From: Gonapodya sp. JEL0774
Taxonomy: Eukaryota
DNA: 42,492 nt
Assembly (NCBI GenBank): GCA_027604505.1
Contig: JADIIX010000166.1
Span: 1 to 42,492, forward strand
Direction of reading: 5' to 3'
Shown: positions 19,914 through 33,536 of the stretch, one piece after another
How the letters are laid out: each line of letters starts with the position of its first letter
Position numbering within the stretch: position 1 is the stretch's first letter
Program-made: the position numbers and the translations under genes
Notes under the pieces: model-generated
The model's database searches: none
What the model saw: only the letters and a program-made list of their open reading frames with translations
What the model was told of the DNA's origin: nothing

Positions 19914-22506
19914 TCACGATTGACCGCCCCATATGACAATGTTCTTGTCGAGGTCCGCGCTGAACATAAACGGTCCACCAAGCGGAGACCACGCTACAGC
20001 AGCGACGGCGGAGCTTAAAAGGGTTGGTTTGGTCGGATTATGAGATATTAAATTTTCTATTCAAGTCAACGCTCACCTGTGCGCCTTCAGCACCACCTCT
20101 ACGCCCGCGTCCCAAGCCCTCCAACACACCACACTCCCATCACCGGATCCACCCACAATGTACCGCCCGTCGGGGCTTAAGCAGCTTTTACTCCAGTTTC
20201 GCGGGACTCGAAATTTGTCGTGGGAGAAGGAGTGGACGAGTTGGAATGTGCGGAGATCGATAAGTCGGAGGGTGTTGTCACGGGAGGTGGTGAGGATATG
20301 GGTGCGGCCTGTTGAAGGGAATGGTGAAAAGCACAGTCGAGCGACGCGACGACTTATCAAGAACCATCGCACCTGGGGTGACTTGCACGCCAGTAATCTG
20401 GTCTGAGTGCATTCCCGAAATTTCGCGAATTACGTTACCGGAGACCATGTCCCATATTCGAACATTGTTGTCCAGGTGACCGCTGGCAACCATTGAACTG
20501 CAATGGATTGATCCAACTGTAAAGATTGGCTCAAATAGGATATGAACATTATGCAGTGCCCACCCTTGATCATCCAGAAGAGCCAAATCGTTGCAGCTTG
20601 AGAAAGTAAATGCGGTGCGAGTACCTGCGGTTAAGAGAGATTAAGAAACAAGTAACCGGCGGGGAGTGCGCAATGTCGCGGACTCGACCCACAGACTCCC
20701 TTGTTCATATCCCACACCTTGATGGTTCTGTCATGAGAGCCGCTAATCTGAAGAAAGCTACAGCTATGAGAAGATCTGGTATGGGTTCTCAAGATATGCG
20801 AGAAAAGTCTTACCACTCTGCTGTTGGCTGTGAAGTTGCAAGCGAATACCTTACCCTGGTGGCCATTAAAGGTATGCTGACAGACGAGGCGCGGATCGCT
20901 GAGATCGGTTTACCGTCTAAACTTCTTTCCGACGCGCCCTCACCCGCAATCTTCCCCCGGAAACGTTCCACACTCGAATTTCCCCACTACCACCACCACC
21001 TCCAACATAATCCCCCGAAGCACCCCATCCTAAGCAGAGAATTGGAGACCCACTTCCACCCAGAGTACCTCTCGATTGTCCCGTCTTTGCATCCCATAGC
21101 TGAACGCTCTTGTCTTCAGATGAGGTCGCAAACATGGACCCTGAAGGAGATGGCAAGAGAGCTGTGATGGTGTCCGTATGAGAAGACACGTAGCGTCGGG
21201 TAAGAGATGTAGGTGGTGTGGACACGAGGTATGAGGAAGGGTGGACGACGGACCTGAAAGCAGTGACAATTGTGTCAGCTTGCACCGAGGGGCCGGGAAA
21301 CGGGTCACGCAAACTACTATTCACCTCACGTCCTCTTTTTGTTCACGGGTCAGTTGGCCTTGAGATCCACTGATAGGAGAAGAGGTCTTCAAAGAAGGTT
21401 GGCGGCTTAGGGTGGCTTCCTTCGCTTTCAGGGCACTGGCGAACGCATGTGCATGGAAGCAAGATTCGTTACGTATGAGGAGGATAGGAATTGCACAAAA
21501 GCAATAAACTCTGACTTCTCCACAAACTGATTTGCTTCGTTCATGCTATTAGCAAGCTGCATTTTCAACTCCAGAAGCCGACTGACGAGTTCATTGTTCT
21601 CGCTCTCCAACTTGACGAGCATTTCCTCTTTGGTGACCACCTCAAGGTGTAGTGTCTGGTGCTCGTCTCGAAGAATTTGAATGACATTGTCCTTCTCCGC
21701 TAGCAGATGCTCTTTGTCTTGAACTGTCCGGGTGAGGATAGAGAGGTTTTTTACAAGCTTCTCGATTCTGTTGATACCAAAATACTTTAAACCCCAACAA
21801 CAAAACAACCAAATTGTGGTGTACACGCATTTATTAGACTCACTCTTCCACCTTCTCCCTAATCAGAACCTCTTGGCTCCTGGTGAGATCTGTTAGCTCC
21901 AGAATTCTCTGAGCATTCCGACCCTGCGTCATGTATAGCTCAGAACGTTCTTCCTTGAGCTCTCGCACCTTTACTCAGTTGATTTTGTCGTATGAAACGG
22001 TTATATCAAATCCCGGAAGATGCAGGCATAAATCAGCCCACCTCCTTGTCCAAGTCCAAAACTCTCCTCTGATTCTCTGGTGATCCTAGTTCCCGCGCGG
22101 TCTCAAACTCCTTGGAAATATTTGCATACTGCGCTCGAATGTCAGAGAGATTGGATGAAGTAACGTCAAGTGAGCGAGCGAGCTCGGCGTTTCGTTGAGC
22201 AAGCAGAGCATCTTAGTATTGGCGTGGGAAGCGATCCAGGTACAAAAGAGTGAATACAGGCAGAAGAAAACGCACATTGAGATGCGGAATGGCGGATGAG
22301 AGTGAGAAAGAATTGATCGAGAACTGGCCACAGGGATCGGAACAAGAGCAAAATGGGAGAGACTCACGGGCGGCGAATATCGACACAAAAGGTGTCTGAA
22401 ACGTATTATCCCGACGTGTGATCCCCTCGTTGATTGCCTTGAACCATGCCGGCTTGGTGTCCATGTCTACTGCATTTGGATTTGTGTGAGGGGGGTTAAG
22501 GAGCAT
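19914..22506 (-). CDS. ATG16: Atg16 with C-terminal WD40 propeller (ATG16L1-type), multi-exon
   Basis: N-terminal W...I...I.RRD...F helix, a coiled coil (ILRDEHQTLHLE...LESENNELVSRLLELKMQLANSMNEAN) and WD repeats (SGSHDRTIKVWD, SGHLDNNVRIWD, TTSRDNTLRLIDLR, NWSKSCLSPDGRYIVGGS.DGSV). The start could be 22506 or 22464. Confidence 0.9.
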
Positions 22507-22552
22507 CGCATCCTAATTATCAACATTTTACTCACGAAGTGACATTGATTCC
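22507..22552. promoter_or_regulatory. Very short divergent intergenic spacer (ATG16/GTR1), probable bidirectional promoter
   Basis: Head-to-head start codons are 46 bp apart (88 bp if ATG16 starts at 22464). Confidence 0.55.
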
Positions 22553-24122
22553 ATGTCGCATGCCGCGAAAAAAAAGGTAGACGATTATCGAACATCTCTG
22601 AAGTATTCGGAGGTACCGCGAATCGCTGTTGTTTCCCACTTCGACCTTCTCATCAGGTGCTCCTCATGGGCAAGTCCGGGTCTGGAAAGACCTCGATGCG
22701 ATCAATCATTTTTGCAAATTACGTCGCTCGTGATACACGCCGGCTAGGAGCAACAAGTATGCAGAAATCGTGAGGGTTGGGAGAGTTGCTTCCATTGTTT
22801 TTGACAACGAAACTTTTTGAAATGATTCAGTCGATGTGGAGCATTCTCACGTGCGATTCTTAAGCAACCTGGTTCTCAATCTCTGGGACTGTGGCGGGTG
22901 AGAGTCGTGCCTTCGTGCATTCACTCAAGACCCTCCAAGATGTCTCCCTTGACTCACTGAACTTCGGGCTCTTACGGGACAACCTGACAACCTTATGCAC
23001 TTCCTAATGGACAAACTCTCTCGGTTCTCTGACATGGCTCGTTAGTCAAGAGTCATTCATGGACAATTATCTTTCCACCCAACGGGACCACGTATTTTCC
23101 AATGTTGAAGTCCTCATTTATGTCTTTGATATCGAGTCGCGAGAAACTCAAAAGGATATGGGATATTACAAAGATACCCTGGAAGCTATACAAAGCTACT
23201 CTCCGGACGCAAAGGTTTTTGTGCTCCTGCATAAAATGGACCTTGAGCGGGAAGAAGAGCGAGACAGAGTGAGTTGGGACAAACACAATCATAACCACCA
23301 CAAACTATCGAAAGAATTGCGTCGATGAAACTGAAATATGTCACTCGAGTGAAACTGACAGCAAAGTGATCAATTTGTCACATCTTTCAAATTCCAGATA
23401 TTCCAAGTCCGGTCCAAAGAATTGGCTCGCGAATCCTATCCACACCCCATCACCACATTTCCAACTTCTATCTGGAACGAAACCCTGTATAAAGCCTGGT
23501 CTGCAATCGTCTACACGCTGGTGCCCAACGTGTCGGTTTTGAAGCGAGAGCTTAATTTGTTTGCAGAGGCGTGCGAGGCGGAGGAAGTGGTTTTATTCGA
23601 GAAAGCAACTTTCTTGGTCATTGCTCATACCAAAGATGAGGCGGCAGAAATCTCAGTGGAAGAGAAATCGTCATCTCTGAACCATGGGGAGATGGGATTC
23701 GCTGAAGATGGGAGGGTGGCTCCACAACTCGACGTGCACAGATTTGAAAAAATCAGTAACATTATCAAACAGTTTAAGTTGTCTTGCAGGTAAGTTATTT
23801 TTTGGTGTGTCGATTGTTTTCCAGTCAGAATCATAAATGTGAACACGTTTTCGTCAGCAAATCGCAGGCTCAATTCTCATCCATGGAAATACGAGACTCC
23901 TTCTTTGCGGCATTTATAGACTCATTAACTACCAACACATACGTCATGGTTATCATGGCTGATCCCACGATTCGTGAGAACCCATTCAAGCGATAAACCG
24001 TGTTTCTGCTTCTGCTAATCGCGCACCTCCAAAACTCTCACTCAGAATCTGCCGCAACGATGATCAACATCAAAGTTGCGAGAAAGCATTTTGAGAAGCT
24101 GGAAGTTGGTCTCGGTCGTTGA
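22553..24122 (+). CDS. GTR1: Rag GTPase Gtr1/RagA, multi-exon
   Basis: [94 protein letters not shown]. Confidence 0.97.
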
Positions 24123-24380
24123 GTCCTGCTCTTTTTCAACTTTGTGAATTTTAGTATTATGGTTTGCTGCAATTGCAAATATTATGTCAACAAGATCGAT
24201 GTTACTCCTCATCAGCAAGCGTCGTCCAAGACACCAAACAAGCCCCAAGCATCTGCAGCACTTAGTCAATTTCAACCCAAGAAACGGGTGATATTTATAT
24301 CCGCCTCCACTGGAACCAACATACCCATCACATATGATATTGCCACAATATCTGGATTTGGAACCACCGGATATTTCAAT

Positions 24381-26836
24381 TTACATCACAAGACAGCCTT
24401 GTTTCTTCGTCCCCACTTCCTCTTCCAGTTCCTCTTCCTCCTCATCTTCACTGTTTTCTTCCGGCTCATCGGTATCATCAACAGGTTTTGGGTACACAGG
24501 TCTCTTGTCCACCAACACAGAGTCATCCTCCCAATCATCCTCGTTGATTTCTCTCACGGTATTTCCAGTCTCTGAAGGGAGTCCTTCCTGCAACCTCCAA
24601 TTCATATCTCGTGGCTTCAGCTTTTTCAATTCTTCTTGTGTCATACGAAAAACATGCTTACGAGGCGTTTTGCGTCCAGGCGTTCTGGTCATCGCATTCA
24701 ACCTGTCTGCTAACTCTGACGCGGCACCATCAGCCGGAGGAACAGCGGCAGTTGGGAAGGCACTGGCGTCCATTGAATGTTCGTCACCGTCACGCTCGTC
24801 GTCGTCCAAGTCCGCATCCTCTCTCCAGTCTATATCATCCCACTTTGTCTTGGGAACTTCCCTGACAAGAAGCCAACGCCGTCGAAGTTCACCATGCTCG
24901 AGAGAGATTCGACGCCGGTCCTCTTCCAATTTAAGTCTCTCTTCTTCACACTTGCGTCGCTCCGTCTCAAGTTTCGACCCCATCGAAGCCCCTAATTCTT
25001 CTTGCGCTCGCTTTTGAACAACCAACTCCATGTGTTTCTGTTCATACTCTCTTCGCAGCTGCTCTAAAGATGCGTCCTTCGTCTTCGCGTTGACAATGAC
25101 GTTCTCCTTTTCAGCGGTCGCAGCATTCAACGCTCGCAAAGCTTCCGCTTTCTCGAAATTTGCGGCGTCCAAGTCCTTCTGGACATATGTCAATCGCTCC
25201 TGCAAGCTCTCCACCTCTGCAATAAATGGCGCAGTAAGATCCGGAGAGGGTGGAGGGTCGGCTTGAGCATAGGCTGATGACGTTGCTGGTTTCACGGTGA
25301 TGCCAATGTTCGTCGTTCTTTCGACAGTAGTTTGAGAGCTGCTCTCTTTGGTTGATACACTGATTGTTTGCGTTGATGTCGTAACCGTTGTTACCCCGAC
25401 AATCATTCCCACAGCAGGGGTAAGAGTGGAAGCAGCAACTTTAGACACAGAGGCAGATCCCGTGCCATTTTTCTCTGGTTGTAATTGGAGAGGTGGCGAG
25501 GGGGGAAGTTCCTCAGTCAGTAATTCACTTCCTCCAAACCCTGTGGTCTTTTTGGATGTTTCCCGCGACTCTGCCTCTAACTCAGTGTCCACTGCAGACA
25601 CTTCTTCCATTATAACATCCTCCTCGTTGGTCTCCAATGCAGCGTTTTGAGCGCCTGACTCCTGATTCTGCACTTCTGTCGCTGCAGTACCCATTGTTCG
25701 CTCGGATCCAACGGACTCTTCGCTCCCTCTTCTCGCAACACTCGCATCGTCTTCGGTCAATGACGCCTGCTCGGTCTCTTCACTGTTTCCTCCCTTCCTT
25801 GTTGCTGTTCGCCGACCCCGCTTCGGTGTCGGATCAGTCGCAACAGCAGAGTCCCCTGCCACATCTAGAGCTTTCCGACCCCTCTTAACTGGGGTAGCGT
25901 TCACGACCGCATTCGAGTCAGCACTTTCGGCTACGGAAGTTCCAACTGTTTGCCTCCTCCCTCGTCGTTTTGCAATGGAAAGACTATCTTCTGCAACATC
26001 TTCTCCTTTGCGCACTCGCTTAGGTGTTCTCGTCACAGTAGGCATATCGAGCCCACCATTAGGTTCCGCTGATGATTCGGTGGAAAATGAATGAGGCGTG
26101 CGGGATTGAGACGATTCAACCAAATCTGACGGGGGTCCTTCTTCCTCGTCGTCAATATCATCGATTTCATCACGAGTCCGCTTGGGAGTTTTCTGTGCAA
26201 AACGCAACGGGGGTGGTTTTGCGGGAGAAGGAATTGCGGCCGAAGCAGACCTCGTGGCTCTTCGTCCAGATGGCAACGTCATTTCAGTTACAGGGGCAGA
26301 CACAGAATCCACAGTGGAAATCCGACCGCGAGGTGTACGGGCGGACTTGACTGTCTGAGTTGTCTCAGTGACGGTGCGGCGGCGAGTAATCATGATTTCC
26401 CTTGAAAGGTAGTTGGAAGAAGTTAGTGGGAAGAGTTGGACCCTCCTTGAACAGCGACCAGGAAATGGCCAGCTTCTGGAAGTGGGTCGGCAGGAAGCAC
26501 GATTCAGCATGCAACTCACGTCGTCCTCCCATTGATGACAGAGCCACCTGAACCGGGTTCTTCCTCCTCTTCCAAATCCGCGTTGGTATTCGCGACAGAT
26601 GATACCGGATCACCGCGTGACGGGTCATCTGCATTCTCAATTCCTCCAGCAAGTATCGTCTCCGGTAGTATTTCACGATTGCGTAGGGAGTAGCCGTCGA
26701 AATGAGGGTCAGCGAGTACCGTCAGGTTTACGTTCGTGCCCGTGGACCCAACCGAAGCTTCAGATGTTGTTCCTGCGCGTGAGCGGCGGGACCGACCTGA
26801 AGGAAGAGGGGCAGTCCCTGTGGTTTTGGGAGCCAT
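24381..26836 (-). CDS. Uncharacterised ~780-aa low-complexity/coiled-coil protein with C-terminal CaaX box (2 exons, intron 26519-26401)
   Basis: Exon 1 (MAPKTTG...) joins in frame to the 712-codon ORF. There are basic clusters and TPxK/R sites, a coiled coil (AEVESLQERL...LRRRW), an acidic tract and the terminus KKQGCLVM*. Confidence 0.8.
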
Positions 26837-27330
26837 CCTGGCAAAGTGCTGTGCTGCTGCCCCTGCGAGACTTGAATTACTGCAGGGGGAAGATGCAAAG
26901 TATTAAGAACCCACCAGAGGAACCAATGGTCAAAAGAGCAGCAATCGTTTGCTTGAAGATCCGCCCACCGGTCTGCCATTTTGCTTGAAAGCTCACCGCC
27001 AAGGTGATTGTGTTTCCTCCGCTTCCCTTCCTCCACTCCACTGCACGTTCCAGAACGTCCTGATGAATCTGATGGTCAAAATTCGCCAATCTGTGTAAAT
27101 TACCTTTCTTCACCTTTGAATTGGTAGGTTGTTTTCCACGGAAGATGGTGCCGGTGGTTGAGTTTATTGTATGGCATGCAAATGAATAAGATAAATACTT
27201 TCCATATTTCCATATTTTCCATAAACTAGCTAAGCCTTTTACAGCCTTGGTAGGACTACTGCATCTCTACAGCCAGACATAGCGAGCAACCGTCACCGGA
27301 GGAAAAAGCGAATAGATGGAACGGCTGGCC

Positions 27331-29579
27331 CTACCTCATGAGCACTGACAAGGTTGTTTAAGTTAAACCATTAATAAAAGGATGCAATTAAGAAGAAAAT
27401 AAAACTCACCCATTTCCTCGCTTGCGGTCGGGTGGATAGCAACTGTGGAATCTACCTGCTCCTTCGTGGCACCCATTTTGATTGCCACTGCGAAACTGTT
27501 CAGATACCGGAGAACACGGAACACATCCACGATGCGGTCGATAGGGTGCGCATGAGCAACTAGTTTCTACGTGTAGCGTAGTGAATGATGCTCACCCTTG
27601 TGTCATCTCATCGGCTCCTTTCCCAATCATGTGCGCGCCTACCACCTTTTCTTCAGGTCCAACGACCACAAGCTTGAAGGCCGAAGGTGCCTTTTTGTCC
27701 ACGTCTGCAGTTGGGCGCTAGTCTGTTGAGTTACTCATCACAATGGTCAAAATAACCCTCCCAACCCACCGCTGAAAGCGTAGTACATGTTGGTAAATCG
27801 GGACGTGTATGCTTTGACATTTTCTCGTCCATATTTCTCTACTGCCTCCTTTTCCGTCAGACCAACTGTGCCAACTAAAACACAAGAAATGTTCACTCAC
27901 ACTTCCTTCTCCTTTAAATGAAAACTGAACTTACTGGGTGGGTGCGAAAACACAACAGTGGGGATATTGGAGTAGTCAAGCTTTGATTTAGCGAACGATG
28001 AACCACCAAACAGGCGGTCCGAAAGCTTGCGGCCTGCAGCGATCGCTACAGGACTAGTCACCGAATGGTCCGAGCACAGGTCAGCATCAATAAGTGCATG
28101 CGATTCGCCTCACAGTCAAACCCTCGCATACAAAGGACTCACGTCAGCATTGCAACCCCCGTCACATCTCCAACAGCGTATACCCCAGGTTTGGTTGTGT
28201 TTTGCCATTCGTCAACCTTGACAAATCCGTCATCCTTCAACTCTACGCCAATCTTGTCCAAACCCAAACCCTGGATGTTAGCATTACGACCGGTGGCCCA
28301 AATCCAAAGGTTGTATCCAGATTCCACTACCGTTTGACTACCGGTTCCCACGGTCTGCTCGTACGTAACTTCAAGAGACTTCTCTCCGTTCGCACCTTTG
28401 TCCACGAGGCTCTTGGGGCGGGCGAGGTTCACAATCTTCAAGCCGCGTTTGTTGTACTCGGCGTGCAAAGTCGAGTAAATTATGTCGTCAAAATTGCGCA
28501 GAGGGTCAGCGGCGCGGATAAAAAGCGTAACTTCCGATCCGAGTTCGAGCAGGACCCGCGCAAGCTCTACTCCGATGTAGCCACCTCCAACGACACCGAC
28601 CTTCACATCCAATGAGAACACAAGATGGCACGCAATTAGTACGATCAAGATAGAAGTCGACATGACTGAGAAACGAACTTTCTTGGGAACTTCCGTCAAA
28701 TCGAAAAAACCGTCACTGCTAACTCCAAGTTCTGCACCAAGGACATCCGGAAACACGGGCTTGCTACCCGGAGCCAATAGAATATTGTCCGCAGTAAGCT
28801 CTTCACCCGTTTCCGCGATGCGAACGCGCTTTCCGGTTGAGTCAGCGAACGAGGCAGTTCCTTTGAAGCGGTCAACTAACTGCTTCTCAAGGTTCGTTTC
28901 GTCTGATAAGCAATCATGTATTAAATTCAAATACACTCAAGTAGTGACGGACAAAAGACTCACAAATTCCATTGAGTCGAGCTATATATGCGTCCCTCTT
29001 CTCTTTCAGCGTCCGGAGGCTGAACTGCTTCTTCAAGTCGATGGTGCCGAGGTTGAGTCCGTAGCCAGCAGCGTCGTGTACAGATTCAAGAATTTCGTTG
29101 AAATTCCACATAATCTGGGGAATATATTGCCATATGTGATGTTCTTAGTGTCGGCTGTTGGCACTGCGCTCACTGCTCACTTTCTTGGGGACACAGCCAA
29201 CCTGAAGCAAAACACTCTGTCAGAACATGCACATCAATCTGTGGTCCGCTGTCGTTTTGAGCCTTACGTTGACACACGTTCCTCCCCATCTTCACCCACC
29301 CAGCACAAAATCCATGTGAGGGAGAACGATTGTGACTGAAGTTGTACACGGTGATTCTCACCTAGCTTTTTCGATGATGGCCACCTTGGCACCGTATGAA
29401 GCCGCTCTCCGTGAGCTTGCAACACCTCCAGACCCTCCTCCGATGACTTTGAGGAATCGAGGAGAAAGTCAGTGTGACAACTGTAAGTAATCGATCGATT
29501 AAATAAAATTGAAGCCTTGTTTACTCGTACCCAGATAGTCATAATGCTTTATCGCTCCGTTACCGGGAATAGGTGGCAT
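27331..29579 (-). CDS. GLR1: Glutathione reductase, multi-exon
   Basis: [39 protein letters not shown] (redox disulfide), [35 protein letters not shown] and [14 protein letters not shown]. Confidence 0.96.
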
Positions 29580-29860
29580 CAGTTGAGAAGGTCGAGAAAT
29601 CTCGGATTCGGTATGAGAAGTCACGGAGAGTTTTTAAATTCCAGAGTGGCAAAAGTATTGAGAGACGTTGTTGCCGATGCGGATGGGCAAGAATGAGAGT
29701 TTTGGATCGCTTTTATGATGTCTTTATTACGAGATCACCTCGAAAGAAAGGACGTTGCATAAGCAACTCCCAGTTACGATCATCGAACGGCGTGATAGCA
29801 AGAAAATTGAAATAGCTCTCCCATGTATGAATATAGAAACAATGAAAGCAACGATATTTT

Positions 29861-31425
29861 TCATTCAACCAGCCGTAAGCTCTTGCGCCGGTTCTTTGCG
29901 TACAAATCCTTGTTCGCGTCCCAAACTTTTTTGAGTGCTGACACGTATCTCTCATGATGCTCATGGACCTGCTCCTCTGTGGGCTCGGGAATGTGGGGCA
30001 TTTCAAGAGGTTCGCCAACAACAGTGTTTATAGGCCGGCGGTATGGGAGCTGAGGAGTCAAGAAATGTCGGGTGAATATACCTTGGAGGTAAGAGAAGTA
30101 CCCACAAATCCATAATTGTAGGTGAAGACTCCACGCCCCGTAATCAGGGGGAATGTAACACCTTGTGGACAAAACACGAAAGCAACCATTAGGTACTCTG
30201 GGATTCCAAAAGAATATGATCGTGTACTTACCAAAGTACTTTTTCAGCCAATGCGAGAACTCGTCACCCTTTTCGCTCTCTGGTCGGTTCCGACGAGAAC
30301 TGATACTTCAGTGTTGTATGAACAACAACTTCATGCACACCACACACCTTTTATGTCCCAAATGTCACCTTCACCAAAAGAGTACATGGGCTGCAGCAAG
30401 ATGAAATCGATAGAGTTCCAATTGATGAAGGAAATTCGCAAAATATGAAAAAGCTTGGGAGATGAACCCACGACCAGCCAAGCACCAAATCTGAGAGCCA
30501 ATTTTACAAAGCCAAATCGGCGGTTGAGAACAAGATCATTGGTGAATGGTCGCTAGAGAAGCAGGAAAAGAATTACGTGAAGGGCAAACTGAACAAAGCT
30601 GCCCATATTCCGCTCACCGCTTTGGATGCTTCTTCCGCTCCACCAACCACAATAACCGCGCTCTCCCCCTTTCCTAGAATGTATTCTAAGCTCTTGCGAT
30701 CAACAGAGACCAACCCCAACCCCAGCAAATATTCCCGAGAAACGGGTACTCGGAAGTTAAGATCTAGCGTGCAAAGATGGATCTTGATCCCAGGAAACAA
30801 GTTTGAGAACCCGGTCGCGTTGGTGGCAAAACTGGTCGTAAATAGGGCTCTGAACATTACTGCTGATCTTTGCCCGCGGAATTTGCTTACTTTCCCCACG
30901 CGCCAACACTAATGACCCCATGAGGATGATAAGCAAATATGTATGGTCGTGTCGGGGGAATGTCTGCTGTTTTGTGTAATCGAATCGGCTGCAAGCACCC
31001 GTTGAGGAATTGAATCCGAGTTGTCTGTGATTGAGCATTCAGTTCCTCGCTCGATCGTGGTGTCACTCACGAAGTATTCGATGAACCACGTCCATACCCG
31101 AAGATTCCTCAAGAACTCCCAGCGCCGCCCACCTCGCTGCTCCGCCCTATCAACGAACACTACCCAGCACACGTAAGGAATAAAAATGGGCCAGCAACTT
31201 GGGTTGATGACAAATAATACAAGTAAACCAAGGAGAAGAAATACTTGGACAACACTATCACGGTCTATATATCATAATCGAAACAACTCGCGGAGATGCT
31301 TTCCTAACTTACCTAAAAAGCACAGCCATGGTTTGAAGTCTTCGCTCAAATGGCACATGAAGTGGTACCCAGTCGACCGGTTCCAATTTCACATCCAGCT
31401 GTTTCGTGGATTCGGGGGTTGACAT
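29861..31425 (-). CDS. DGA1: Diacylglycerol O-acyltransferase, DGAT2 family, multi-exon
   Basis: PLHVPFERRLQT, YIFAYHPHGVISVG, FATNATGFSNLFPGI, IVVGGAEEA, RRFGFVKLA, LPYRRPINTVVGEP. Confidence 0.93.
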
Positions 31426-31646
31426 TGTTCTCTGAATGAATAGCCAGACCTGCGATGAGCAAAGATTAATGATAATGGCTCAGTGTAGAAGGAGCTGATG
31501 CGGTTCAAGTCAGTAATCGAACCAACATCCTTTCTCCTTTGGTCGGGTCTGCTGGATGTGGGGGACAGGTACAACTCTCCAAGCACTAGATATTTCCATA
31601 AGTCTCAAACATGCATCTGTACTTGTTACTGGAGTCTACATGAAAA

Positions 31647-33536
31647 CTAAATTTTCGAGGGAACTCCGGACAATCCATAAACTCTGCGGGCAGTACCCTC
31701 AAACACCTCTTGAATCTGTGCCGGGTTCAGCCCCTCACGTTCGCAACACATGTAGTAGAAGGCAACCAACTCCCCAACAGAAGCACACCAGCGATCCGGG
31801 GGGTAATTGGATCCGTACATACACCTTCGATGACAAAAAGGGGCAAGTGGATCTTGTTTAACTGAAAAACAAGTGGATGGAGTTTTAGAATAAAGTGGGG
31901 GGGCATACACACCTTTCGGCACCGAATTTGGAGATGGTGAATCGAATCATATCACCAAAGCGTCCATCAGAGAGTGTGCGCGCTGTTGGGCCTGGTGCGC
32001 CAGCCACGTTTGTGTAAGGAAACCCTGTTTGTGAGGTTGACATTACAGCAGTGAAAAGAGGGACAGTGGAAAGAGACACATTTGTATTCACCGAGCTCTA
32101 GCATGAGACCCGAAAGCTTGGCATATACGTTTGGGATTCTGAAAAGGGTAGACGTGAGAGTTGGATTTGTGGGCAACATGTGCAACTCACCTCGCATATG
32201 CATCAATGCACTCTTTCCACGTGGCATAAACCATGTCGTCATTTGCAATGTCCACTGGAGTTCCCAGGTGATTCAACACAATTTTGAGTTTTGGGAAAGA
32301 CCGAGCGATAAGTGCAACTGCCACGAGTACTGATCGCATGCTAGTTTTTTCTGTTGTGTGCGTGTTCTGAGAAAAACTAGGGAAAGAACACAAAATTCTC
32401 CCTCCCCTCCACTCACTCATACGGTACCAGAGGTCGAAGACAAAGCCCTCCTTTTCGAGTGTAGCAAAATTTTCCCAGACGTTGGGGCCATAGAGGCGAT
32501 CTGGCTGATCATCCCATGTCTCAGACCGGAAGTTCGGGCCATTTGGCTTTTGGGAGTGACTAGAATGTTTGTGACGGAAAAGATCCAAACCATGAGCAAT
32601 CGCAAACTTACCCGACATCGGATGCCTCTAAAATTGGCGTATCTCTTGTGGGCTCGAAGTTCGGCTTGAAACTGAGCAGGGGCTGATTCCGATGCGGCAG
32701 TGGGCTAAAATTGAGAGAGTAATTGGAACTTAGATGACACTCCAGATAACTCACACATGGTCATATCTATATGCCCTTGGATGCCCGTCCCGACAATATT
32801 TCCACTTTCATGAGCGACACTTTGCACCCACGCAGTTTCGTTGGCCTGGCCAAGAGGGGAGTGATCTGTCCACCCCGCCCTTCAACGTCAAGGAACATGA
32901 GACTACCAGGTGAGGGGCAGGTAGGGTTTACAGAGACATACTCCAAGTAAACTGTAGCGCCCAGGCGAAGACCTGCGTCTTTATAGTCCTGGACAAGGTC
33001 TCGCCAGCCCTAAAAATTTATGGTTCAGCTTTTTGTATCAACGGAGGTGGTTACCATGTAATATGTCACTCACATAGTTGAAAATTGTGTCTGGGTGATG
33101 AGTCCGGGTGAGAGACTGTTTGTCAGACATGAAGTAAATGATGGAGTGCAAATTGCCATAAAGCACGTTTCTTCCCCCTCACCCTTGCGCCGTTCCTTGC
33201 ATGCTCCTCGCTACCGAACAACACGGTGCCCTTTGCGATGGCCCCACTTCGGGCAGGTGGGGGATGAGATGGACCCGGAAATCCGTTCGCTTCCCAATCA
33301 AACCCCACGAATCTCGAATTGGGGCGTGGTTGGGACTCGAGGTGCCATATGTGATGATGGCTTGTAGATGTACGTATGTGATACGGTATGTATTTGGTGT
33401 GGTACTGGTCAGTTGGAGATCATCTTTCGTTCCCTTATCAGATACAATCAGATACCCACGAATCCACGATCGGAAATTTGATTTTGGCGATTGCCTGCTT
33501 GGCATCTTCGGAAAGCGGGGCTGCGCGTGTGGGCAT
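31647..33536 (-). CDS. Amidohydrolase-2 family metal-dependent hydrolase (lactonase-like), multi-exon
   Basis: PIVDS|HHHIW metal motif, EGFVFDLW, FPKLKIVLNHLGTP, PNVYAKLSG, FGAER|CMYGSNYPPD and VFEGTARRVYGL. It ends in SKI*. Confidence 0.85.

Noticed and set aside
24334..25017. 227-aa Ser-rich ORF on the plus strand, and similar antisense ORFs at 28662-29339 and 39813-40532
   Set aside because: These are antisense shadows of real coding exons.
30080..30090. ACCTTGGAGGT, a near match to the yeast Zap1 element ACCTTNAAGGT
   Set aside because: It has one mismatch and lies inside the DGAT2 gene body rather than in a promoter.
31647..33536. Amidohydrolase as the allantoinase of the purine cluster
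   Set aside because: Its motifs fit the amidohydrolase-2/lactonase-like family rather than cyclic amidohydrolases, and it is 16 kb away.
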